Source: Batkoa obscura (taxonomy: Eukaryota). From it: a DNA stretch of 64,000 bases. The notes under the pieces were generated by a model. That model was not told where the DNA came from and did no database searches. It saw nothing but the letters and a program-made list of their open reading frames with translations. The stretch spans positions 558,001 through 622,000 of the forward strand of contig JASVEC010000022.1 in the NCBI GenBank assembly GCA_030770535.1. Reading direction: 5' to 3'. The translations under genes were made by a program, and so were the position numbers. Below, in pieces: positions 39,278-55,253 of the stretch (positions are counted from its first letter, which is position 1; each line of letters opens with the position of its first letter).

Positions 39278-42200
39278 ATGGCAAGTAGTAGTGCTGCACA
39301 ACCCAGTATGGAGGATCAAGCGAAGAGATTAGAAGAGGCCTTAAATGTAGTAAATAAGCAATCATCATTTATGAAAAAATGTTTAGATGATAATAAACTT
39401 ATGGACGCTTTAAAACATTGTTCAGCTATGTTATCTGAGCTAAGATCTTCTTCATTGTCCCCAAAAAATTATTATGAGTTATATATAGCTATCTTTGATC
39501 AACTTCGTTATATGACTTCTTATCTTAAAGAAGCTCATATTCACGGTATTCATGACTTAGCTGACCTTTATGAATTAGTTCAATATGCTGGAAATATTAT
39601 TCCAAGATTATACCTCATGATTACCATTGGTTCCGTATTTATGAGCTTACCAGACGCTCCAGTTAAAGAAATTATGAAAGATATGATTGAAATGGCTAAA
39701 GGTGTTCAACACCCTACCCGTGGTTTATTTTTGAGACATTATCTTTCTGGTATGACTAAAGATTATTTGCCAATTGGGGACTCTGATGGGTAAGGCTTTA
39801 ATAATATTTAGAATGATTAAAAATTCATATTCTAAAGGCTACAAGGAAACCTCAGCGATAGTATTAGCTTTACTTTAGAAAATTTTGTCGAGATGAATAA
39901 ATTATGGGTAAGACTTCAACATCAAGGTCACTCTAGAGAAAGATCAAAGCGTGAAGCTGAACGTAAAGAGTTGCGTACCTTAGTAGGCACCAATTTAGTA
40001 AGATTATCTCAATTGGAGGGTATGAATTTAGAGTTGTATAAATCTCGTATTTTACCTGAATTATTGGAACAAATTATAAACTGTAAGGATCTTATTGCAC
40101 AAGAATATTTAATGGAAGCAATCATCCAGGTAATTAAATCTTTTTTTGAAGTTTTAATGTTTTATTAAGTTTAATATTTGAGGTTTTTCAAGATGACTTT
40201 CATCTTCGTACCTTAACTCCATTTTTAGCATCAATTGCTAATCTTCATCCACAATTATCAGCTAAAGGTATTGTTATCTCATTTATTGATCGTTTAGCAG
40301 CATATGCTTCTAGGGAAGCAGAAAATGAAGAAAATGAGGAGATTGAAGAAGAAAATATAATAAATGAAGATCAAAAAACATTAGCTGAAGAAGAAGGAGA
40401 AAATGCTACTCCAGTCACTACCAAAAAGCAAGAAGATAAAGTAAAAACTCATCGTGGTATACCAGAAGATGTTAAATTATTTGAAGTCCTTTGGAAGCAA
40501 GTCATTGATTTAATTGAAGTACATATATATAATTCAATCAGCTTTTAAAATATAAATTATCCTTTTCTAGGCTCGTAAGGAAATTCCTTTTGATGATATT
40601 ACTGCCCTCTTAGTTTCTTCCGCTAATTTAGCTATCTCTTGTTACCCTGATAACCTTGAATATTTTGATCAAGTATTAACAAATGCTAAAGAACGCTATA
40701 TTGCTTTAGAAGATAGGTAAAAAGTCTATATTTTTATTTGCTTGTTTAATTAATCCATTTTTTAGCCCAGATGCACAATCAACTACTGCGTTAGCTAACT
40801 TACTTAGTTTATTAAAGGCACCAATTGAAGCCTACCCAGATTTGTTAACTTTATTAAAACTCAAAAATTATCTTGATTTATATAAATCACAACCTTATGA
40901 ATCACGTCGTACTATTGCCAATACACTCATAACTGGTCTTTTAAAGAGAGAAACTTTATTAATAAATAAAGTCGAAGTGGATGGAGTATTAGATGTTATT
41001 TCAGTGTTGTTAAAAGATCAAGACGATGGTGGTATTCGATTTAGCAGAATGTTTGGAGATATATCTAAAAAACTAGCCTATGAAAAAGAAGAAAAATATG
41101 TAACTGAGTTAACTCCAGTTGCTAGACTTCTTAACTTGATTCATAATGAGAATTCGGATGTTATGCTAGAGGTAAATTTTATTGATGGATTTTTTAAATT
41201 TAAATTAATACTTTTAGCTTTTGAAATCTGCTTTTACATTTGTAATTCAAGGTGATGTTAGAGTTAAATTTACTTTACCACCTCTTATCCATTCAGGTAT
41301 CAAATTACTACGTATCAATGCACTTAAAGAAGAGAAGGTAATTTATTTACATAATTCTTAATTTACTTCTTTTTAAATATAATTTTACCATAGCCAGAAG
41401 ATCCATTTGAAGCATATAGATCAATATTTTCATTTTTACATAATTCAATTACCAATTTGTATAATAAAACAGAAGGTCACGATATTACTTTCCGTTTATT
41501 TTTAGCATCGGCTTTAGCTGCCGATGAACTCAATTGTGAAGCTCAAGCTTACGATTTTTTTGTTGAGGTAAATAATAATCAAGTTCGAAAAACATTAAAA
41601 ATTAAAATAAATAAATAGGCATTCACTTATTATGAAGAATGTATCAGTGAAAGTAAAGCACAATATGAAGCTATATTACTGTTGATTGGTTCTTTACATT
41701 CTACTCGCTCTTTTGGTGCTGAAAATTATGATAATTTAGCTACTAAATGTGTATTACATGCTGGCAAATTATTGAAGAAACCAGATCAATGTCGAGCCCT
41801 TTCTCAAGCTTCAAGATTATTTTGGGTTGTTGCTACTCCCCAAGCACAAATTCCTGGTTCGGATCAACTTCATTTACCTTTATTATCTCAACGTGAGGTA
41901 GTGTTATTATTTACAGTAAATTTATATAAAATTCATTTTTTAATAGGAAAACTTATATCGTGAGGGTAAAAGAGTATTAGAAACCTTGCAAAGAGCACTT
42001 AAAATTGCGGATGGAGTCATGGATCCCTTAAGGAGGTTTGAATTATTTGTTGAATTAATTCAACATTATTTATATCATTTTCGTATGGGATGTAACTCCA
42101 TTGAAGCACGCTATATTAATGGCTTATTTGAAATTACGCGTACTCATTTAGATAACTTAGAGTTAGAAAATGAAAGTAATAATGGTATTGGGTATCAAAA

Positions 42201-42357
42201 CGTAGCACCTGATTTAGCGTTTGGCTTATCAAAAAGCTCTGTTTTAGATATGTTTCAACGTTGCTTACAGCAAGTTAAACAATTAAAACAAAATCCACCT
42301 AAATTGGATTATCATGTAGATTTTCAACTTTTGGAACCAGAAACTGTGGATTTTTGA
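39278..42357 (+). CDS. VPS35: Retromer subunit Vps35 (8 introns)
   Basis: [71 protein letters not shown]. Confidence 0.98.
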
Positions 42358-42671
42358 TAGTATAAGATGATTTCTTTTAATTAAAGTTGGGATATAAAAT
42401 ATTCTTATTTAATTTTTATTTAAACTCATTATGTAAAATATATTATCATGCTATTTCTGGATTTTGTTTTAGTCTTAATAAGAAAATATGAATAATATGA
42501 AGGAATATTTGATAGTAAATAAGTTAAATTCTCAACAAATACAAATTTAACAATAATGATATAAATAAGTAAAGATTAAAATCCAATTTTAATTTAAAAA
42601 GATTAAAGAATAAAATAATGAAAGGGGGTAGAAGAAATACCATACAGAAAAAGATATGTTCAAGAAGAAAC

Positions 42672-44177
42672 TTAAGTAGAAGCAATCATAGCAGTCATAG
42701 CAGCACCAATACCAGAACCATCTTTAGCAATAACTAATTTAACTTTAGTAGCATCATCACCCATTAATTCTTCTAAAGCTAATAACATGTCCTTTTTAAA
42801 GTTAGGATGATGTTCAAATAAAGAACCATCAATACCAATAGTAACTTCATCTTCAACACAATCCATACGTTTTTTAACTACAGCCGATAATACAGTAGCA
42901 GATAATCTAGCAGATCTTCTAGCTACAATATTGCAAATTCCTTTAATAGTTTCCAATTCTTTAAGTGTAATAGAATCTCTTGAAATACCAATAATATCTT
43001 CAAAAATATGACGAGTTTTAGTTAATCTTGGTGAATCATCTGCAGAGATTTCAGAGAGATAGGAAGTAAGCAATTGATATGGAGAATTTAATATAGTAGT
43101 AGAACGTCCTTTAAACAAAGCACGATTATCAATTAAATACAATAAAATATTACGAACAATTTCTCCTAAATAACGACCTGAAATCATTTTTTCTAATACC
43201 ATTTCATATGGATTTTGAGTTTCCCTATCTAATTTATGATCAAAAGAAGTACATGGAATATATTCTTTATCTGTATCAAAGGAACCCCATTCAATATTTA
43301 AGATCATCTCATCTGAAATATTTGGATCTCCTTTCCATTTTTTGATATTACTTAATTTTTCATAATAAGCAGCATTAGTACCAGTACCCAAAATAACACC
43401 AGCTAAAGTATTTGGATAAGTATAAGCGGAAGATAAAAGAGTACCAACAGTATCGTTAACAATAGCAGCAACAGTAACATTTAATAGACGGCGATCTAAA
43501 GCATCTTGGAGTAATTGAACAACATCTTTACCTAAAGCACCAGGGCAAGTGAAACCTTTATTCCACATCAATAGTTTACCTCTATTAATAGCTGTTTGGG
43601 TTACTGGAAAAGAAAATGTAAATCCCAATGGAATAGTATCATTACTATTAGAACTAGAAACTTTATGTTCTAAGATAAAATTTTCAATATGAGTGGCAAT
43701 ATAATCGAATAGTTGTTTGGCTTCAGCAGATTTTAACTCTTCCGGTACAACAAATTTACGCTGTAATACCTGTACTGGTTGTTTACTACCTCTTAAATGA
43801 ACTAAACAGATTCTTAAATTGGAACCACCTAAATCAATAGCAAAATAAGAACCAATTTCTTCACCTGTTGGGCGACCTGTGACAAAAGTAGGAATCATTG
43901 GTAATTGACCACCATCACGACTTAAACCTAATTCCATTTCATTAAGGAAAGCTTCTTGAATGGACTGTAAAGTGGATAAACTAAGTTCAAATTGAGATTC
44001 AACTTCATGGAATAAATAAGCGAGCTTTTGAGTTTTAATTTCACTCAATATATTTTCTTCTTGACCAGGTGGAGAACTTGGTTGGGGTTGAGAAATCGAA
44101 ATTTTAGAATTATTACGAGAGATAGGAGCTTTAGGGATATCTTGCCCATTAATATCAGTAGTACTTTGAGTCATCAT
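42672..44177 (-). CDS. Hexokinase (intronless, 501 aa)
   Basis: AIDLGGSNLR, LGFTFSFPV, IVNDTVGTL, ILGTGTNAAY, NIEWGSFD, EKMISGRYLGE, DGSGIGAA. Confidence 0.98.
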   Translation of the reverse strand: MMTQSTTDINGQDIPKAPISRNNSKISISQPQPSSPPGQEENILSEIKTQKLAYLFHEVESQFELSLSTLQSIQEAFLNEMELGLSRDGGQLPMIPTFVTGRPTGEEIGSYFAIDLGGSNLRICLVHLRGSKQPVQVLQRKFVVPEELKSAEAKQLFDYIATHIENFILEHKVSSSNSNDTIPLGFTFSFPVTQTAINRGKLLMWNKGFTCPGALGKDVVQLLQDALDRRLLNVTVAAIVNDTVGTLLSSAYTYPNTLAGVILGTGTNAAYYEKLSNIKKWKGDPNISDEMILNIEWGSFDTDKEYIPCTSFDHKLDRETQNPYEMVLEKMISGRYLGEIVRNILLYLIDNRALFKGRSTTILNSPYQLLTSYLSEISADDSPRLTKTRHIFEDIIGISRDSITLKELETIKGICNIVARRSARLSATVLSAVVKKRMDCVEDEVTIGIDGSLFEHHPNFKKDMLLALEELMGDDATKVKLVIAKDGSGIGAAMTAMIAST

Positions 44178-44308
44178 GGCTTAAATAATAAAAATAGAGA
44201 GGTTATTTAAACTTTAAGAGAAATTAAATATTTTTTTGATTAAAAATGTAATTGTTTTCGTTTATATACATTTTTTCTAATTTGAACCTAATTTTTTCTG
44301 TAACATTT

Positions 44309-44315
44309 TGATTGG
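44309..44315 (-). promoter_or_regulatory. CCAAT box upstream of hexokinase
   Basis: CCAATCA on the minus strand about 135 bp before the ATG. Confidence 0.4.
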
Positions 44316-45754
44316 TAAAAAGGAGTTTTTCACAATATTTTATTGGATAATAATTTAAAATGGCACCTGAATAATTTAGTGGAAATTTTGTATGAATGAA
44401 ATACTAAAAATTTTAAAGTTGTAGGAAGCTATCAATAAATGAACATGTTTTCACTTATAGTATAATAACAAGATGTAGACTACATCCTTCTACATAAACA
44501 ACATATAAAATAAATAGGATAAATTTTGACTATAAAATAAGGTTCTTAATAAAATATCTTGTCATCCGGATTTTCATAAAATTTAAATTTCTTACAAATA
44601 AAATTACCATATTACTTAAAATATATAAACTAGTCAATGGAAATTTAAGAAGAGTGGAGCACAATTGTTAATTATAGAAATCAATATAACATTACATTGG
44701 TCATGTTTTATTTATCCTTTTTTTTAGTCACCAGGTCTAAATATTGACCATCAACCAATCAATTGAATTTTAGATGAGATTTATCATCCATTCACTTGTT
44801 CTTTCAAGTTTACCATTATCCCTTATTTAGAGGAAGGTGTCTTGTATTTCATATTTACACCTATTTTTATATCTTTGTGTTTAAAAATATAAATTTTAGC
44901 ACGAAATAAAGAATTGTTATTATGTTTATTTAGGGATTATTTGATAAGTTTTATAGATAAAGGTATAAAATATGAAAATGGTAATGTAAAAATGAAGTAA
45001 ATTTTGAAAAAAGAATTACCATTTCTATATTATATTATATCGTTAATGCTTCTCATTCTTTCTTATTTTATATTTTACCATAGATTGATCTAAGATAATT
45101 TCTACATCACGAGACAAATAATCATATCTTCGTTTTTTTTCTTGTCTTCTTTTTATGTCATCCTTTTTTATTTTACAGAACCATTCGATTATCTTTTTGT
45201 AAAGGAATAATTAAAATTACCAGATTTGATATCTTAAGGCTATATTATATCACAATGTTTTAAAAATCTATAAAAATTTCTCTCAATCTATTTTTAACCT
45301 AATTTTCTCACGTTCAAGGTTTTAATTTTTATTTCGCTTTAAACAACTTTTAAAAATTATTAGCCTTTTTTTATTTGTAGAGTATATTGTATTATAAAAT
45401 AGACTTTACATTTATGATAATTTATAATAATTTACAAATAATCTACATTGAAACCATTTTTACAGCCAACTTTAATATTTAAAGTTTGATTTTTTATTTT
45501 CAATTGTATATGTTAGATTCTATATCTATGTTTGATATTTAAACTATAATTTACATCAGATGGATTTGAAGATAACATATTAGCCCTACCAATCTAAAAT
45601 CAACTACTTCATCCCTTATTTTTTAAATCTTGAAAATATATTAAAAGCAATTAACAAATATGTAAAAGATAGATTTAAAGGATAATATATAACTTGTTCT
45701 GATTTTAAAATATAGAAATAACCCAATTTAAGATGATTAAGCATTATATAATTT

Positions 45755-48700
45755 TTATTTTAAATTGATAAAATGACCACAGGCACATGGACAAAATATA
45801 ATACTGTTATCTTTAATTAATGATTTTTTTAATAGAAAATCATCTTCAGTATTGTTTAGCATTGTATTTAAATCATTTTTGCCATCCACTAATAAATTAT
45901 TATTATCAAATTCTATACTTTCTAATAAATTTAAAAATTCAAATTGAGTTTTAAGTTCTAATTTTCTTTTTATCCAGAGCTTTATATTTTGATTATTACA
46001 CGAAGCGAGTAAAATTGGAACTACCATATCTTTTAATTGTTGATTACTATTGTTATTTTCAACTCTAAACTGAAATTTATTTGTTTTGATTAACTGTAAT
46101 ATCATTAACTCTATTTTTAATCGATTTTTATTGTTCATCTCTTTCTCTGTTAGTTTTAATTTAGGCTATTTTATGTTAATAAATAATAACACTAAATAAT
46201 GTAAATAGCACTTACGATTCTATTAAATAAGATAGTAACTAATTTAACAAATATACTTAACTCTAACTTCAATTCAATTGAATGGGAAATTATACTTATT
46301 AAACAAGAGGTAATGGAATTGATATACTAAAGTAAGAAATAAATGAATGAATGATAAATTGATAAATTGAGATTTACTTCATTTTCATTATCTAGAATAG
46401 ATTCATAATATTTTTGATATAAAGATATACAATTAATGATGATTTTTGTTGCTAATTTTAGTGATTTAACTTCCTTTATAGTTTCTGTTGGTATTAATAT
46501 TTGAATTAGATTTAATTGTTGGTTCAATAAACTTTCAATATTGTTTTCTAAATAAATTATTATATTATTATTACAGCTTGATATATAAAATATTAAATTA
46601 CCTTGGTGATTAAAATTCTCATCCAATTCCAAATAAGAAAAATGAGAAATAAAATAAGTTAAATTAGATTGATTTTCAGATAATAATAGATGTGGTAAAA
46701 GGGGAGGAAAGAATAGATAAAAGAATGAATTTAATAGTTTTATATTATCAACTATTTCACTATTATTATTATTTTCCTTACCTAATTTCTTTTTTAATTG
46801 AAAGATCTTTACAACTAATCTTAAATTTCTGTTAATTAATTGATAGTTCTAATTGCTATGATTAATATATTATCAAGTAAGTAGTTCAAAACTTACTTTT
46901 TTATCAATTAAATATCTTATATAAATACGTAAACATAGTATCAAACTTTGAATTATTAACTTAATTTCTGTTTTTATAATATCATCTAAATATAATATTT
47001 ACTACTATTATTTATTAAGTATTATATTAAGTTACCAATATGATTAACACAACAATAAATAATAAAGTGATAAATATTAATGAAATGATTAAATAATTCA
47101 TTGTTATTAACAAAGTAGCTTAAATATGTATCATTTAACAAAATAAATTCAAGTTGTTTTAAAATGCAATTTAAATCAAATTCTATCTTATTATATGGAT
47201 TGTCTAATTGAATCCGATTATTTAGCTTATCAACTAACTCTCGATTGTTAATTGATTTCATTATGTTGTATTTGAATTGAACAATCATTAATTTAACGTA
47301 ATCATTATAATAATCAATTTTAACAAAATAATTTATAATTGTATAGTTATTATCATTGCTTGATGCTATAATATTACTACCATCCTTTTTATTTAGTTTA
47401 TTACTACTATTATTTGATAGTAATAACTCTAACCCTAACTGAATATAGTTATGATGCTGTTGAATGTTATAAATGTCACTATCAACTAAGCAATTGTCTT
47501 GAAGTTGAAAAATAGTTGATAATAATTGAAACAAGATAATTTTATCACTTTCATTAAGTAACGAATTCATTCGATTGACGAAGTTCAAGTTTAACCAATT
47601 AAATTCCTAAATAATGTTAGATAAATTACTTTAATTGATTGCAACAATCTACAGTTAATAATAGTCTACCTCGTTATCATTTAATAAATTATCATTATCA
47701 TTATCTAATTCAATAAATCGACTTAAATATGAATTTAAATAGGATAATAAATATTTGTTAATCCGTCTATTATTGATATTATTTGATAATTCATTTTTGA
47801 AACAATTTACATGTTGAATTATATACTCTTTATTATCAATCAACTTTAATAAATAAAACAAATAAGAATTACTTGCTTTTAAATCCAATTCACTCAATCT
47901 TAGTAAATAATTCTTTTCCTTTTCATAATTTATATTCTTTTTATTACCATTCTTATTTATGTTAATCTCATTAAACGATATAATTTCCACCATTAAATTA
48001 ATTAATTTGCTCTCTGTTTGTTTATTCTCCAAGAATACCAATAGTTTCAACATCTCTTCCAACTTGATGATAGTAATATTAAATTGATACTCTTTAGTTA
48101 AACTAAAGATGAAACTTAATAATTGATATATTAACTCTTTACTAGTACTATTATTAATATAATAAAATAATTTGATTTTAAAATAGGTAAAATAAGTAAT
48201 CAATTCACTATCAACCTTATTTCTATATTTTATGAACTCTCTAGTCTCATGAATGATTCTTTGAATAACTCCTTCATTTTCTTCATTCATCAAAATATGC
48301 TCATAAATCCTTTCAATGAATAATATTTTAAACTCCATGTTAATGATATCATAATACTTTTTAAATATTATAAATAATCCAATAATACTTTGTTTTCTTA
48401 CTATAAAACTTGGATCAATTAATTGTTTCTAAAAAAAAATAAATCAAGTTAAGAATTATCATGCTATTAACTACTTACGTTGATAACTTCTAACTGGTTA
48501 TAAAATTCCGATTTAAAATTGTTGTCATTACATAATGGAAATAACCAACAAAAAAAAGTTATAGCATTAGCTCTAACTATTGAAGATCAATAACTAAACG
48601 CCGCAACAAAAAAATACAAATAACAGTTACCTATCGGATTTGCCACAAATAAATAATTATAATAAAACGGTGAAAACAATTGAAATAATATTTTTTCTGC

Positions 48701-48953
48701 TTCGTTTAAATCTTCACTACTTCTCAACTCTAAAAACGCTTCAATTTCCTCTTTTACTTTAGCTTCTATTAACTCTATCTCTCCTTCGTTTCGCGGATTT
48801 AACAAATATCGTTCAATAACTTTGTGAAGCACTTCCTTTTCTATTATAATTAGTTCAGTATTTATTTCACCAACCGGCTTAATCTTTATTATAATTACCT
48901 ATACTCTCCTTTTGTCTGCATTCGCTTGTACTCCATTGTTTGTAGATGCTCAT
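45755..48953 (-). CDS. Highly diverged HEAT-repeat protein, probable condensin II subunit CAP-G2 (NCAPG2-like), multi-exon
   Basis: Splicing introns 48841-48898, 48577-48630 and 48429-48478 gives EKILFQLFSPFYYNYLFVANPIVRANAITFFCWLFPL...NQLEVINKQLIDPSFIVRKQSIIGLFIIFKKYYDII, matching the CAP-G2 core as I recall it. Downstream exons are Asn/Ile/Leu-rich and their boundaries are less certain. Confidence 0.7.
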
Positions 48954-49290
48954 AATTGATTTAAATCAAGTCTATGTTTATTTTGAAATTGATACTTTAT
49001 AAAATAAAAACAAATTGGGTTGATATTAAAACTACAATTAAACTGATTCTATTCTTAAAATTTAGAAATTTAAGCTCAAATTTTTAGTGACGAAATCTAA
49101 CTTATTTTAAATTTTAAATTTAGGTTACATTGTATGTTTTACAGAGGTGAGGTGGTTCCAGCTATTAATTTGTTTTTAATAAAGTTACATTTTAAGATAA
49201 AAATAGAAATTTCGAAATTTCGATAAATTTTTCAATGTAGTACAGTATTTATTAGTAAAAAATACTATTTCCTAAAAATAAGCAGCATAT

Positions 49291-49389
49291 GGGGCTGTTT
49301 TTTTTGACTTCATTATTTTTTCCATCTTTTAAGCGCTATTTGGGTGGAAAAATTGTTAATAAAATTCTTGAATACAGAAATACATCCCC
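49291..49389. mobile_element. MITE family copy, TSD ATAT
   Basis: Consensus match, ATAT on both flanks. Confidence 0.92.
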
Positions 49390-50513
49390 ATATGTTGATA
49401 TTTATAAGTAAATTATGAGGTATGATATGGCAAAAAACCCTTAATAGTAATGTTAGTAGATTATTCAAAGACATAACTCTTTACTAATAACGTTATGCTA
49501 TTTTTTGTCGAATTTAGTGAGATTTTGTTATTTTTATTTTTATCTCAAAATGTGACTTAATGTAAAAAATAAACTAAAACTATAACTCCATCCCTGTAAT
49601 TGTAAAATGTATCTAAAACATATGTTGAGGTTTGTATATTCGATGATTCTTATTTTTTGGTATTATCTAAATGATTCGTACTATCAATATGTTATTAAAT
49701 TTTGAATCAAGTTATCAACATGATTGATTTAACAATAAATAGCAAAACAATAAGTATCAATAAAATAATCAAATAGTTTATTATAATTAATAAGATGAAT
49801 CCAACCTGTTCTAAAACACAATTTAAATTTTGTCTCATCTTATTGTTTAATTGAATATCATTATTTTAACCACTAGCTGAATCTCAATTATTAATTGATT
49901 CATTAAGTTATATTAAAGCGAATAGTTAGTAAATTAATACACTATTGAGATTGATTTCAAAAAAATACTTTGATTTTATATGATTATTATCCTTGCTATT
50001 ATTCTAATTTCATTTGAATCGCTACTACTGTTATAATTCAATAAAATTCTAATCTTAACTGAATACAAACTTGATATTGATGGATTTTATGAATTTGACT
50101 GTTAGTTTAATGATTATCTCGAGATTAAAAAATCAATAGTGCCACACCACACGCTTCTCTATACTTCATATCTCTTTTTATCGAATTTTTATACTCTCAG
50201 AAAAAAAGATGCGCAGATCCTATTAGTCCTTCAGAAGTTTAAGGAAATCAATTGTATTAAATGTGTTTTAAACGTAATTTGTATATGTTTAATTTATTTC
50301 TTTTCTATTTTAATATTTTGGTAAATTTTTAATGAATATTTTAAATGAAAAACAGCAAATTTAAAATACAAAGGTTACATTTAAATTGAATCAGTAACAT
50401 TAGCTAAAATAGAGATGTAAATTATTCTACAAAATATTCATGTTTCATAAAAAATGGTGAATTAATTAAAGTGATAAAAAATAGTTAAGTTTAAATCTTT
50501 TTTAAATAGAAAA

Positions 50514-51650
50514 ATGGATAATTGGAAAAATGTTAACAACTGGTAAGCTAAAACTAAAATTCAATCTGTTTATTAACATCTTCTAAGGCATTGGACTGAA
50601 AAAAATTGCATAAAATGGGCTACAACATATTTCAAAACTTCTTTAACTAATTTGCAAGTTGATGATAACGAGATTAAAGTCGAAATCGTACCTGAAGTAA
50701 AAGTAGATGGAGATTGTGACTTAAACCATCGTAAAGGAAAGTTACTACCTTTATTTGATATGAAATTAGAGCTACCTATATCATCTAAAGACAGCACTGG
50801 TAAAGAGGTAATAAAAGGAACTTTGATTGTTCGAGAAGTATGCCATGATTCAGATCTCTCAGATTACGTATTTGAGTGGAATGTAATCACAAGCTATAAC
50901 GATAAATATAGAAGTAAAGTAATACAGCTTATAAAAAAGGAGCTAGAAACCAAAATCAAAAAAATAATCACCAGCTTTCAAAAAGACTTAATTGAACAAC
51001 ATAGTAAGGATGTTTATATTGAAGGGGAAACAAAGAAAAAAAGCAGCTTGAAAACACCAACTAAAAAAGATGAGGCTAAAAAGAACGATATCAAAAAAAG
51101 TGCTAAGATCAGTAATAACGTTACCATAAAGCTAGATCACTTATTCTATGCTGCCCCTCACGATGTTTATAAAGTTTTTACTGATGCTAAGTTAATCAGT
51201 TTATGGTCTAATTCAAACACTACCTTTGTTGCAGCACCTAACCTTCCGTTTAAACTATTCAATCATCAAATTAAAGGGACTGTGTTAAAAGTAATCAAAG
51301 ATTCATATGTATCACTACTTTGGAAAGATGAAGACTGGGATAAAGGTAAATTTTTTCATTTCATTAACCTTTACTAACTTTTTAAAATAGATCATAACTC
51401 AACAGTGAGTTTGTTTTTTGAACCCGAAGGTGAGGCTACAAAGTTGACTATTGTACATGAAAGCATCCCTGAAAGTCAATTGCAAAGCACCGAAATGAAA
51501 TGGAAGAACAAAATTTTACAACCTATAGAAAAATGTTTTGGTTTTAATCAACAGCTGGCTAATTCTTGGCTTAAATCCCCCAGTGTACTCATTACTAGCA
51601 CAGTAGCTTTTGCAGCAGTTTATTTGGGATTTCAATACTTTTCAAGATAA
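50514..51650 (+). CDS. AHA1: Aha1-family Hsp90 ATPase activator with an extra C-terminal hydrophobic tail (2 introns)
   Basis: MDNWKNVNNWHWTEKNC (NxNNWHW), RKGK loop, START-like AHSA1 domain ending FGF, then the extension ...VLITSTVAFAAVYLGFQYFSR*. Confidence 0.9.
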
Positions 51651-51696
51651 GAAATAAAAAAAATAAAATTTTACATGACATTTATTCGCTTCAAAT

Positions 51697-54854
<3,158 letters not shown>

Positions 54855-54999
54855 TGTAAGAATTTTATTTTTAAAAAACAAAGGTTTTTAAATCAAACTA
54901 ATCAGCTTTTGAGTGATTTGGGGAATTTAAAATTACTGCACATTCTTAAAATCATTTTAAACGCATCTAGTAGAATTTTCTTTAACTAATTTAATATAC

Positions 55000-55090
55000 G
55001 GGAGTGTTTTTTTGACTTCATTTTTTTTCATTTTTTAAGCACAAGCGGAAAATTTGTTAGTAAAATTCTTAAATACAAAAATACATCCCC
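55000..55090. mobile_element. MITE family copy, TSD ATAC, in the ALA1 promoter region
   Basis: ATAC on both flanks (54996-54999, 55091-55094); small internal deletion. Confidence 0.9.
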
Positions 55091-55253
55091 ATACTTTGAA
55101 TTATTTGATATTGTAAGGAACTGTTAACTTATTTTACAATATATTTTTTTATTTATCGTATTAAAATTAACGTTAAAAAACTGAACAGATTAATATAAGA
55201 TAGGCATATTATGCCACATCATCGAACTTTTAAAGCAAATACCCTCTTTTAAA

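Noticed and set aside
23970..42357. Trafficking cluster (two arrestin-fold genes plus VPS35) or mitochondrial cluster (PPR, ATP23, PET127, TSPO, LETM1-like)
   Set aside because: Neither arrestin looks like Vps26, the genes are interspersed with unrelated ones, and these are common categories; no synteny evidence available.
42672..44177. Intronless hexokinase, P450, arrestin and TSPO as retrocopies or horizontal transfers
   Set aside because: No poly-A remnants or TSDs, base composition matches the host, and the proteins look eukaryotic.
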